A stretch of 62,747 nt of DNA, the filler included, from Folioceros fuciformis (taxonomy: Eukaryota), in assembly GCA_049999805.1 (NCBI GenBank). It is 8 parts of 8 records of this genome, joined end to end, with 100 filler letters (N's around TTAATTAATTAA, not from the genome) between each part and the next. Parts side by side here need not be neighbours in the genome. Positions count along the whole stretch, not along the records: positions 1 to 14,158 come from JBNGIO010001539.1; positions 14,259 to 22,259 come from JBNGIO010001541.1; 6 more parts are not named here. One strand, 5' to 3'. The notes under the pieces were generated by a model, which was not told the DNA's origin, made no database searches, and saw only the letters and a list, made by a program, of their open reading frames with translations. Positions within the stretch are counted from its first letter, which is position 1; every line of letters begins with the position of its first letter. The translations under genes were made by a program, and so were the position numbers. Of this stretch, positions 12,632 to 22,359 are shown in pieces.

Positions 12632-14158
12632 TTACTGGACAAAAGCCTTTTCTTCAGTCATAACCTCAGGATGGGCTTCCTCGTTTAGTGCGACCTGCTC
12701 GACCTCTTTCTTGGAAGTTGGAGAAAGGAAGTGCCGAAGGTTGAGAAACCTCCCCTTCGACGGGGAACACTTGGCAGCCCGCAAAGCCGGAGCGATGTTG
12801 CATAGTGGCACGTTCAAGACAGGCATCACCCTCACGCTTGCTGCATACGACCCCAGCTTCTCCGGGCTCCGAAAAGCAGGATCCTTTTGCTGCATCAAAA
12901 GGCTCAAGTTCTCCTGCTTTTTGCTGCAGCCCTTCCCTGCGCTGCTCACACATTCCAGGTTCTTGAGCAAAATCTTGGAAGCCCCGGCATTTGGGAGGTC
13001 CACATCTCCCACTTTCACAGCAAGTTTTGTTGGGGAGCTGCTCCCGGGGCTCCTTCCAGATCTCTGCCTCGGCCCAGAGGGGCCCCTGCGTAACCCACAT
13101 GAGAGGATGATCCACCTCGAGTGTTTGGCCCGCCTCGCTGGACTGTGACTTCTACTCACATCCGGCAGTACGTCTAACGACGTCTCATTGCTGTCGCGGT
13201 CTGGAATGAGCTCATCCAGTGATTGTGCAGCAGAGCCGGAAGAGTAACTTCTGAGCGAGGAGCAGACGTCACTTTTGGAATTTCCTGGCCTGCTATCCTC
13301 CGCCGCCCAACACCCACCATCTCCAACCTCCTGTGCATCGGAGGCAGGAGCACCGCCTTCTTCCTGTGCAGGCTCACTGCACGCAACGCCCAAATACTCA
13401 TCTGCATTTTGCTGACCCGCGCTACCCCGTCTGAAAGAGAAGCTCAACCTCCTTGAGAATGACTGTCGTCTGCTCTCTGTCCTGTCGAGTTGGCCATCTT
13501 CTCGCCGGAATTCCTCACTTGGTTCTCCAGTCTTCAACTTCATGAGAGACCCAAAAAACCCCTTCCACCTGAAAGCTTTGGGAGATCTGAAAGAGGGTGA
13601 TGGCAAACACGACCCCACACGCAAAGGGGGAGACTCAGGGGATGGGGTGTAAGACGAAGCATGGGCAGGAATGAAGGGAAAATTTGCAGGGTCTAACGGG
13701 GATGACGGAGGAGGAATAACAGAGCGGGACACAGCTGTCGACTGAGGTCCCGAACTGGGCGACAAGGTCACCAGAGGAGTCTCAAAATTTTGGCCCTCGT
13801 GACCAGCACCACGGTCACCAGCCACTCCGCTACTGCGCACTTCTTCAGCAAAGCGGAGGGCTTCTTCATCCGCCCCGACATAGTCCAGGCGTCCCATCCT
13901 CTGAGACATTTGCAGAGGAAGCAACTTCCCGTTGCAGAAGAGCTCGTCAGCCGTCTGCATAGCGGCGCTGCTCATTGGTGGGTCCCTTCCAATGGCGGAC
14001 ATACAGAACTCGAACTCAGCTGAATAGTCCACGGCGTCGGCGTCCTGCTTCCCCTTGCCCTCCTTCACAAAGAACTCAAAATCCCCGGATCCGCCATCGG
14101 TAAGATACCCCGCAGCAGGGTCCGCGCTCACGTCGAGTCCTTTATCCACAAAATCCAC
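12632..14158 (-). CDS. Membrane-associated kinase regulator (MAKR/BKI1)-like or DUF1645-type protein, intronless; 5' end meets a contig spacer
   Basis: 508-codon ORF with DFEF, EFEFCM...ADELFCNGKLLPLQ and a C-terminal VRVMPVLNVPLC motif typical of this plant family; the rest is Ser/Pro-rich. A minus-strand ATG lies directly on the other side of the spacer (14261-14259). Confidence 0.75.
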   Translation of the reverse strand: MDFVDKGLDVSADPAAGYLTDGGSGDFEFFVKEGKGKQDADAVDYSAEFEFCMSAIGRDPPMSSAAMQTADELFCNGKLLPLQMSQRMGRLDYVGADEEALRFAEEVRSSGVAGDRGAGHEGQNFETPLVTLSPSSGPQSTAVSRSVIPPPSSPLDPANFPFIPAHASSYTPSPESPPLRVGSCLPSPSFRSPKAFRWKGFFGSLMKLKTGEPSEEFRREDGQLDRTESRRQSFSRRLSFSFRRGSAGQQNADEYLGVACSEPAQEEGGAPASDAQEVGDGGCWAAEDSRPGNSKSDVCSSLRSYSSGSAAQSLDELIPDRDSNETSLDVLPDVSRSHSPARRAKHSRWIILSCGLRRGPSGPRQRSGRSPGSSSPTKLAVKVGDVDLPNAGASKILLKNLECVSSAGKGCSKKQENLSLLMQQKDPAFRSPEKLGSYAASVRVMPVLNVPLCNIAPALRAAKCSPSKGRFLNLRHFLSPTSKKEVEQVALNEEAHPEVMTEEKAFVQ

Positions 14159-14258
14159 NNNNNNNNNNNNNNNNNNNNNNNNNNNNNNNNNNNNNNNNNN
14201 NNTTAATTAATTAANNNNNNNNNNNNNNNNNNNNNNNNNNNNNNNNNNNNNNNNNNNN
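14159..14258. other. Artificial contig spacer N44-TTAATTAATTAA-N44
   Basis: Exactly 100 nt, with a core that puts stop codons in all six frames; identical at seven places in the window. Confidence 0.99.
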
Positions 14259-15309
14259 CATCACTCTCTCGTCGTCTTGCTGCACCCGCTGGGCTGCCGC
14301 TGCTGCATCACGTAGCGGTCAGCAGCTGCGAATGCCGGTGGCGGACACCTGTTTCCCGCACTTCTCTCATCACCTGCCGCTGCCGCTGCCCCTGCTGCAC
14401 AATTTGCGTGCAACTTCTGGGTGCTAATTGTCGTCGTTCTCTCATCTGTCTGCTCCCTCCGCCTGCTACCCACTTCTTCGATTCGGGGCCGCGCCCCTGT
14501 GTCTGTGCCTGCTCTGCCGCGCTGCTGCGGCCGCACCTTCTTCCTGGAATCTTTGAGCTTCCGCCCTTCCGCCACGGATTCTTCCTCCCGCTTCCTCTGT
14601 GCTTGCGTCTCGTTCCACGATTCAGGAGCTGGGCTCTTGCCCTGCTCCGCAATTCCTTGCGCCGCTTCTCTCACTCCCCTGCCCTGTTGCTTTCTTTCTC
14701 GTTAGAGTGTCCGGTCGCTCGCCGATTCGGGACTACTTCTTGATTCCTCACCCCGCGCTGCTTTGTCGCCAACGTCAGTCATGCTGGGAGCACCATCTTG
14801 GTGAGGATAGCAAGCGAGGTCCTGGAACTTGTTGGAATGCTTTTCTGCAATTCTCGTGTCGCTCCCCGTCCTGCTACCGTTTTCTCACTCCGTCACTTTC
14901 TCGACGGATGGCAGATTGCTTGTGAATGGTGTCGTTTCTGAGCAAGTGCAGCGAGGTGGTGCCAGGTTGACATTGTCATTGGGCGGACGAATGGAATGCA
15001 CTTGTCCATGTTCAACCTGTGGTAGATAGGTCCAACAACAACTTATGCTTCTCGACTGCCACCTTGTCTTCAACTCACTGATGGCGGCCAAGTCGAGTTT
15101 GCTTCTCAGGTGCAGATGGGTTCATTTGTCTGGAATCCCGTTCCGCAAGAAAGACAGCCCTCTTTCCACCGCAGTTTCTGGACCCTTCATTGGACTTGGC
15201 GATGCCGTTGTTCCTCGCCGTGGATGAGCTCGAGGGTGGAGCGCTTTCATTCACCTGCTACTTGCTCCCACAGACTTGCTCCTTTAATCGGCAACTAGTA
15301 TAGGACTGC

Positions 15310-18300
15310 ATGGGTCTTGAGGGGAGCATGATGGCTAGCGCTGCAGTCCAAAGGAATAGGCACGCCAGCCATTCCCCACGCTTTGGGTTGGGATTGGGAT
15401 TGAGACTGGAAGTGGGAGGCCCGGAACGGGGCGGCGACATGAGAGGTAGGGACTCAGGAATCTCCAGGTTGTTTGCAGTTTCGGTCGAAGAATCCGCGGA
15501 TGACATGCCCTCCAACTTCCTCTGCCCCATCTCATTGGAGCCCATGAAGGACCCTGTTACCCTCTGCACAGGTCAGACTTATGACAGACACAGCATCGAG
15601 AGGTGGCTGGCTGCAGGTAACAGGACGTGTCCCACAACCATGCAGAGGCTGACGGACGGCAACCTTATTCCGAACCACACTCTAAGGCATGTGATTGACG
15701 AGTGGCACAAGAAGCAGACACTCAAGGCTGTTAGAAGGGCCAAGAAGCAGTCTGCCCCTCTCAAGGAAACCACTCCAGCAGAAGTGAGGGCTTTGTTGGA
15801 GGAGATCGTTCTCTGCAAGGGCCTGGAGGACATTATGCTCTCCAAAGGTCAGGGCATCGTCATGAAGGACCTGAATGGCCAGGAGGTGAGGGTGCTGAGC
15901 TCCCCTGAATACTCTGACACCATATGGAAGCAAGCCATCGACTCAAGCCTTCACCAGGAGCTGGTGGATGGACTTCTGCAGATGGACATTAAAGAGGGGA
16001 TTACAGTGGCTGAATTAGGCAGCCACAAAGGTGTCTGGGAGTGTGGGGATGTCCTCAATTCGTCTCGTCGAATGGTTATTCCAAGCCTGCAGGAACTCAC
16101 GTGTGAGAGCCATGCCGCAGTAGAGGCAGAAGGTCAGGAAGTCGACTGGCCCAGATTGAAGGATGATCATCAGCATGCATTGGTAATGGATTCTATTCGA
16201 GGTCATCCAATTGCTGGGAGGTCACCGTCACCGCTCAAAACTACCCCCCAAAGATCTCAGATTTTGGAGCCTGCCAAGTCTGACTCTTCGGGAGCTGCAG
16301 AGTCGCCCAGACTTCTTGCTCTCATCAAAGATAGGCTGCCCGAGAACAGGCTCCAGAAAGTTGAGCCTGCTGATTTTCGCAAGAAAGGATCGAACAGCCC
16401 TGCGAAATGGCGGGATCTTGTGGTGGCGAAGTGGCGTGACATCACAGCTCAGGCTCTGCGAAGGGGTGCTGTCAGAGGCCAGAAAACCAGAAGCCCAGCA
16501 AACAGAGGAGCAGGGAAGCAAGTAGTGCACAATTCTGCGGGGTATTCTGGAGGAAACCAGTTTTCGTCGCAGGTCGCGAAGGATTCTGCTCTTCCTGTGA
16601 AAGTGCAAACGAGTCTTCCTCGGGCTCTCAAAAGTGACAACAGGGATTCACAGAAGGAGGAGACCGTGCCCAAGCCTTCACACCGTCGACATCTGTCGGG
16701 ATCCGGTGCTGATCTAAGTGACAAGATCTGTTCAAACAGGTATGATTTTGCCAGTGAGAGGGTCGCTGTGGATCCTTTCACTTGGGAAGACCTTTTGGAC
16801 ACCAGGAATGTGCAGGAATCGTTAGGTGGTTCGCAACGTAAGGGAGTTCATAACCCCGCACCTTCTACCAGATTACGCAGCAGCCCTTCGGGGAAGAGAC
16901 TGGATGGGCTGTCATCTGGGCCTGAGCAAGTGATGACCCCGTGCAAGTGGCCATTGCAGAAGCTGATTCCCAACGCGAGAGCGAAACAAACCTCTGGCTC
17001 TGACCAAGACGGAAAGCACTCGCAACAGGAGGCTGTGGCCATGGACTGGAGTTATTACCGCAAAGTTCCTCCATCGTCTCCAATGGACCCTGCCGATGCT
17101 GATGGCTACATGCAGGAAATTGGTAGCCTGTCCGACTTCGGCAGGGAAATCTCACTGTACAGTCCCCAGGAGATGCATGTTTCAATGCAAGACTTCGCAT
17201 CCCCCGAGCAGATATCTTTGCTTTCAGGGCCTCTGTCTGGCCCAATCTCTCCCCTTTCTGTTCTTGAGGCTTCAGCTTCTCCTGAGGTTGTGTCCCCCTT
17301 TTCAAGACACGCATCAACTGGAGGTGCATCTCCTCTTTCGGGTTTCACATCACCGTTCTATGGGCAGGCGTCACCGTTGTCAGGTCCATTTTCTGGGCCC
17401 ATCTCTGGTCCCATGTCTGGGCCATTGTCACCTTTCTCTGTGCACAGCTCGTCGCGGTCACAGTCTATGGGATACATTACACCTCCACCGACCGTGCTGG
17501 ATGAGGGCTTTCCATTTGGACAGGACGATTGTTTCCAGAACGGGGAGTTTAGCAAGTGCTCGAAAGGCAATATCAAGGCTTCGTCTATGGCAGAGTATTG
17601 TTATTGTGATGATGGTACAGCTGCCACGTTTCCTATGCTGTTCTCCCAGCATTGTGACAATGGCTCCCCAGGAGTGTACTTTCCATCATCGGGGCACTCA
17701 GGAGAGTTTTGCTCGCCGATGGCTGGACAAGTGGAAACCCAGGCTCTCTCTCTTGGACAGCCAGAAAGCGACGTCTTAGTGAACCCTCCTCCGTCTCCTA
17801 ACAAAAACTTCCCATCTCCTGTGACTGGACCAGCTGAACTCTGTCCTTCTGGGCAGGATGGTTTGCAGGCTATGAGGCTCGAAGCTTTGAAGAAGCTGCA
17901 AAAGCTTGCAGCATCCGAGCAGATTCACCGCCTTGGCATGGTGGATGAGACAATCCCTGTTCTGCTCACTGCACTGGAGCCTCACTCCCTGCAGAGCCAG
18001 AAGAAGGCTGACCGAAAGACTGCAAGAGAGTGTGCTGCCTTGGTTGTGAAAACTCTTGTCTTGTTGATGCCTTTGACAGCTAACACAGCAGCTCAACTCA
18101 CAGATCAGGTGGTCGTAGATGCTCTGATTGCACAGATGGGTGAAGATGCCACTCTGGGTACCAGGATCAGCGTTGTGACATTGCTTGGGCATATTGTTGA
18201 GACCTTGGTTGATGGTATTGGCACTGCAACAGCAGGAGTTCGTCAAACATCGAATTTGGATGTAGATGGGCTGACAGGAGGAAGTGCGGCTGCTCACAGG

Positions 18301-19008
18301 CTTGGACAGGGATGGTCGGGCCGGATTACCTCAGGCATGTTGGACAGTGATCCTCACACGCCACCTTGTGTTGCAAGCCCCCTTGACCATAGGACAGTTG
18401 CTCAAATTATTACGAGAATCGGTAACAATTGCAGCTTGTTGCAAATGCTCGTCCTCCTCCTCCAATGTGGACGACGTCACTACCAGGCAGCAATTGCCTC
18501 TGTCTCTACCATCTACCTTCTATGCACCCATTGCAGCAAGGCTCTCTTCCCTCTGGTAAGTCTTGGTGCCGTCCCTAGTTTGGTGGACCTCATACCCTTG
18601 GGTGCATCACTATCAGAGGACAGGGCCACAGATAGGACAGGGAAAATTCTCCATCTCTTGGAGCTTGTTTGCACCACAGAAGAAGGTCGACTTGCCCTGA
18701 TGCATCATTACAGGTCTTTGATGCCCAGGTTAGTTGCATGCTTGCGACCAAAGAATGAAAGGCGGACAGAGGCAGCGCTGACAGTGCTGTCAAGTGTCAT
18801 TGGATCTCCTGAGTCTGGACGCAGTGACAAGCTCTCTGTGGCTGCAGTGGAAGCCGGTGCTGCAAGCAAGTTGGTGCTGCTAATTCAAAGTGGGTGCAGT
18901 GTGGCTATCAAGGCGAAGTGCACAGAGCTGCTCAAGTTTTTGAGCAACAAGTACTCCGCAACAACCATGTTTCTCTACCACAACGATCTCACTCAGACTC
19001 TGCAGTAG
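15310..19008 (+). CDS. Plant U-box/ARM-repeat E3 ubiquitin ligase (PUB), intronless, with a very long disordered middle
   Basis: 1232-aa ORF. U-box PSNFLCPISLEPMKDPVTLCTGQTYDRHSIERWLAAGNRTCPTTMQRL...LIPNHTLRHVIDEW lies at about 15505-15705. ARM-like helical repeats start near 17870 (LVSLGAVPSLVDLI, LLELVCTTEEGR, AVEAGAASKLVLLIQSGCSVAIKAKCTELLKFL). The true start may be a later ATG. Confidence 0.93.
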   Translation: MGLEGSMMASAAVQRNRHASHSPRFGLGLGLRLEVGGPERGGDMRGRDSGISRLFAVSVEESADDMPSNFLCPISLEPMKDPVTLCTGQTYDRHSIERWLAAGNRTCPTTMQRLTDGNLIPNHTLRHVIDEWHKKQTLKAVRRAKKQSAPLKETTPAEVRALLEEIVLCKGLEDIMLSKGQGIVMKDLNGQEVRVLSSPEYSDTIWKQAIDSSLHQELVDGLLQMDIKEGITVAELGSHKGVWECGDVLNSSRRMVIPSLQELTCESHAAVEAEGQEVDWPRLKDDHQHALVMDSIRGHPIAGRSPSPLKTTPQRSQILEPAKSDSSGAAESPRLLALIKDRLPENRLQKVEPADFRKKGSNSPAKWRDLVVAKWRDITAQALRRGAVRGQKTRSPANRGAGKQVVHNSAGYSGGNQFSSQVAKDSALPVKVQTSLPRALKSDNRDSQKEETVPKPSHRRHLSGSGADLSDKICSNRYDFASERVAVDPFTWEDLLDTRNVQESLGGSQRKGVHNPAPSTRLRSSPSGKRLDGLSSGPEQVMTPCKWPLQKLIPNARAKQTSGSDQDGKHSQQEAVAMDWSYYRKVPPSSPMDPADADGYMQEIGSLSDFGREISLYSPQEMHVSMQDFASPEQISLLSGPLSGPISPLSVLEASASPEVVSPFSRHASTGGASPLSGFTSPFYGQASPLSGPFSGPISGPMSGPLSPFSVHSSSRSQSMGYITPPPTVLDEGFPFGQDDCFQNGEFSKCSKGNIKASSMAEYCYCDDGTAATFPMLFSQHCDNGSPGVYFPSSGHSGEFCSPMAGQVETQALSLGQPESDVLVNPPPSPNKNFPSPVTGPAELCPSGQDGLQAMRLEALKKLQKLAASEQIHRLGMVDETIPVLLTALEPHSLQSQKKADRKTARECAALVVKTLVLLMPLTANTAAQLTDQVVVDALIAQMGEDATLGTRISVVTLLGHIVETLVDGIGTATAGVRQTSNLDVDGLTGGSAAAHRLGQGWSGRITSGMLDSDPHTPPCVASPLDHRTVAQIITRIGNNCSLLQMLVLLLQCGRRHYQAAIASVSTIYLLCTHCSKALFPLVSLGAVPSLVDLIPLGASLSEDRATDRTGKILHLLELVCTTEEGRLALMHHYRSLMPRLVACLRPKNERRTEAALTVLSSVIGSPESGRSDKLSVAAVEAGAASKLVLLIQSGCSVAIKAKCTELLKFLSNKYSATTMFLYHNDLTQTLQ

Positions 19009-20525
19009 TGAGCACAACTTACGAGGTGAGAAAAGAGTGATGTTGCTGCTTTCCCGGGATGTTGGTACCGCAGTTAGGATCTGATGCACAGGTGAACACC
19101 TGTCGAATCAAGTTATGGACCATGCATATTTGTGCGAACTATGACAGCCTCGTGCGCTTGTCAGATGTGCCTTCCATTTTTTCAGCCCCAAGTCGGGCAC
19201 AAGATGTTGTAGTCATACAATAATGATGTAGCCAATTCTTTTATTTTCAGTTAATTTATGGTAATGTGAGTAAATATCTATTGTGGCGTAAAACTATTTT
19301 CTTTTTTTGCGTTCCATGTTTAATTTCAATAACGAATCCAACTTCATCATAAATTATTTATTAATTCAGTAGATTAATCTACACTACCTAGAGGTGATCC
19401 ATGTGGCAGTCGTGTAGGCCATAGGGCCTCATTGTACTTTATATTCTCATATATGCTTGCTTTGAGTGTCCAAATTGTACTTATGTGCTTGCTTTGCAAG
19501 CTTGAATTGTTTAAACCAAACCAACACATGCAAGCACATTGTAAAGGATTTTGGCTTGGCATTCCCATTGGGAGACCAATAATGCTCTAGTGTGACATTT
19601 CAACTTGGCCACCAATATGCTCTAGTGGGCATTGGCCAACAGACTAAGTAGGATGACAACATGCTTAGTAGGAGTATAATACATATGAAATAGAGTTACA
19701 ATTATCATAGGAGTGTTGAAAGGTATTAATGCATCAACATGCATCCAATGCAAATGCACAGATGAATTGATGCCAATTGTATTCTTGCATTACTTACAAG
19801 TTGAGCTTCCATTAGCAGTAGGACAAAAGTTAAATAAACATTCCTGTTCTTATAAACTTGTCCCATAAGCATTTCTCACTTATTGTATATAGTCTACTTA
19901 AACAATCATTTACATATAGGTAAAATGTGCATTATATTGAATGCATCTTGTAGAAGGGAAGAAGCCACAAAGTTGGATGGAGCTAAGAAGCAAGTCATAT
20001 CATTACAGGCAAGAAGATTGATGTAAAGTGCAAACCCTCATATGCATAGATGATTTCAAAGCCAAGTGAAAATACTCTCCTCAAAATAAGAGTTAAGCTT
20101 AACCTTTAGCTGATACCCCAAGCTCTTTTGTGCTTGAGGTTAGAAGGGTCTATCTAGAAGAAGACATGCTTAATGGTTGGAAACATGACCTTGTGCTATG
20201 CTTACATGTTTTTGATAATCTTTGGCACAAGGTTCAAAGAATATGTATATCCAAGTCCATATCGTCATCTCGTGTGCTGCGTATGTTTCCAGAGTGAATG
20301 GAATTAAAATGTGACACACTTATGGTTCATTGTACTTCTAGACTTCTAGATATAGAAGTCTAGAAGAAGATATTGTCCTTGTACTTTTAGACTAGATGCT
20401 ACTCCAGCCATAGTCGCAATTGAATGGCTTGAATGGTCAACAGTGATATCGAAGCAGAGATATTGGCACATTTTAGAAATCATTTGGTCGCCCAATGGAT
20501 AGAGTACATGTCCTGCTTGGTTCAA

Positions 20526-20600
20526 TGGCTCGTATTGAGGGAGTGGCTTGTATTGAGGGAGTGGCTTGTATTGAGGGAGTGGCTCGTATTGAGGGAGTGG
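20526..20600. repeat. 18-bp tandem repeat (TGGCTYGTATTGAGGGAG) x4 within an AT-rich decayed region
   Basis: Four adjacent near-identical units; reads PLPQY(E/K) on the minus strand. Confidence 0.9.
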
Positions 20601-21429
20601 TACAACAAATGATTGAGTACTAGTCACACTTGATTGGGAGATTGGTACAACGTTGATTGATGATTGACTACTAGTCACTTGAGTGATTGGTACAACTCAT
20701 CAAATTGATTGGGTGCTTGGTACAATTCATGCTTGATTGAGAAATGGTGAGTGGTACAACATAGGCTTGATTGAGTGATGGTATACACCTACTTCCCATA
20801 CTTCATGTAAGAGTTTTTGCAAGCTTTGACAAACAAGAGAGTACAAATCATCCTTGATAAAGGACTTGTACGAGAATGTATACTTGTGTACCCAGTCTTT
20901 CCATTGTGCTATGTAGGGGCTTTGGGAGCCATGACAAATGGAAGGAAATTGGGGAGTCATGACAAATGGAGGACATTGTGGTGATAGTGTAATGACAAAG
21001 GACATTGGACATTGTGGATGACAATGAAATGTAATGACCAAGGACATTCTGGTGACCTCCATAAGTATAATGATGTACCTCAAAGTTATCTAAAGGTGGA
21101 GCCACATGTCAAAAAAGACATCCTTCAACTATATCATCTTAAGCGAAATAAAAAAAGCGTTCTTGACTAACAGCACATTAATTTTAATTTTATATAATAA
21201 TATATGATTAATAAAGTTTATATAGTGTTTAATATAATATAATACTTGAAATGAAAGAAATGAGCAATGATTAAATAATTGTTCGGTAGCAAGGTAACTT
21301 TAGCAAGGAGCAAACAATCAGCAGTGCGTCCGGGATCCCTCTGTCTGTTGATGGTTCACTTGCAGGCACACATCTCCAGCACTCTCACCTAGCAATTTTA
21401 ATTGGCATTCTCCTGCGTCCGTGCGCGCC

Positions 21430-21488
21430 CGAGCCGAAAGAAGCCGAGCCGAGCCACGCCGAGCCAAGCCAAGCCGAAAGGAGCCGAG
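21430..21488. repeat. Degenerate pentanucleotide repeat (GAGCC/AAGCC)n
   Basis: gagccgaaagaagccgagccgagccacgccgagccaagccaagccgaaaggagccgagc, immediately 3' of the minus-strand small ORF stop. Confidence 0.7.
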
Positions 21489-21725
21489 CTACCATCGCCG
21501 TTGCTCTTTGTACTTCTTCTCGTATGAACTAAAAGTGTTAATGGCCAGAAGGAGGATTATACCCACAGTGGCAAGGACAAAGAACATGAAGAAATTCTGT
21601 ACTGAGGAAACTGCTTGGCTTGAGGCAGCTTCAAAGTAGCCATCGAGCTCTACGGTGAAGAATGCTTGCTTGATTCCCACAAGAACGAACACAATGATGG
21701 TCAGAATCACAAGATGCTCACTCAT
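21489..21725 (-). CDS. Small two-transmembrane protein (78 aa), or last exon of a gene truncated by the spacer at 22260
   Basis: MSEHLVILTIIVFVLVGIKQAFF...NFFMFFVLATVGIILLLAINTFSSYEKKYKEQRRW has two hydrophobic helices and a basic tail. An in-frame acceptor (tgctgcag) lies upstream near 21771. Confidence 0.55.
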   Translation of the reverse strand: MSEHLVILTIIVFVLVGIKQAFFTVELDGYFEAASSQAVSSVQNFFMFFVLATVGIILLLAINTFSSYEKKYKEQRRW

Positions 21726-22259
21726 GGTGAGGGACGCGATACTCAACAATGCTCGCGCTTCCCAGTGGCACTGCAGCACACCAATGTCACAGGTCAGGGA
21801 AGCAATGAAACCATTGTCAAGGACAAACCGAAATTGGTGAGGACACACACAGAACAGCCATAACAGAAGCCAATATTTCAATTCCAGCAAGGCATAGCTG
21901 ACCTACCCAACCCAAGTTCAACACCCGTAAACGGCAACAGGCGATCCAGCATACTTCACAGTCAGGTTCGCACCTCAACACATCAGCTCAGCAGGCATTG
22001 CTCATCCCGACATCCCCTCACATCTCTAAGCTCCTGTTGCTCCCAACAACACGGCTCGGCCCTGCCCTGCCTCGTTGGCAAGCAGATTCCTGTCCGCGAT
22101 TCCCCCCCCACATCCAGTTCTCTTCTCACAGCTGCTGAAACCAGCCTTCGGCCTGTGTCCCAAACCCGTGACACTCCCAAATCACCACTCGGGAAATTCA
22201 AACCCTGCTAACAGCCTCGGATCCACCTTCAACGGGATTCCCCCCGTACAGCACTACAC

Positions 22260-22359
22260 NNNNNNNNNNNNNNNNNNNNNNNNNNNNNNNNNNNNNNNNN
22301 NNNTTAATTAATTAANNNNNNNNNNNNNNNNNNNNNNNNNNNNNNNNNNNNNNNNNNNN
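22260..22359. other. Artificial contig spacer
   Basis: N44-TTAATTAATTAA-N44. Confidence 0.99.

Noticed and set aside
14203-14214. Recurring TTAATTAATTAA palindrome (7 copies)
   Set aside because: Always centred in exactly 44+44 Ns, so it is an assembly linker rather than a biological motif.
14261-15298. Several overlapping 60-137 aa ORFs between the MAKR-like and PUB genes
   Set aside because: CT/GCT-rich leader and promoter sequence; the translations are low-complexity with no domain signal.
19382-21227. CACTA...TAGTG ends suggesting a CACTA transposon
   Set aside because: The match does not extend beyond 5 bp and no convincing TSD or subterminal repeats were seen.
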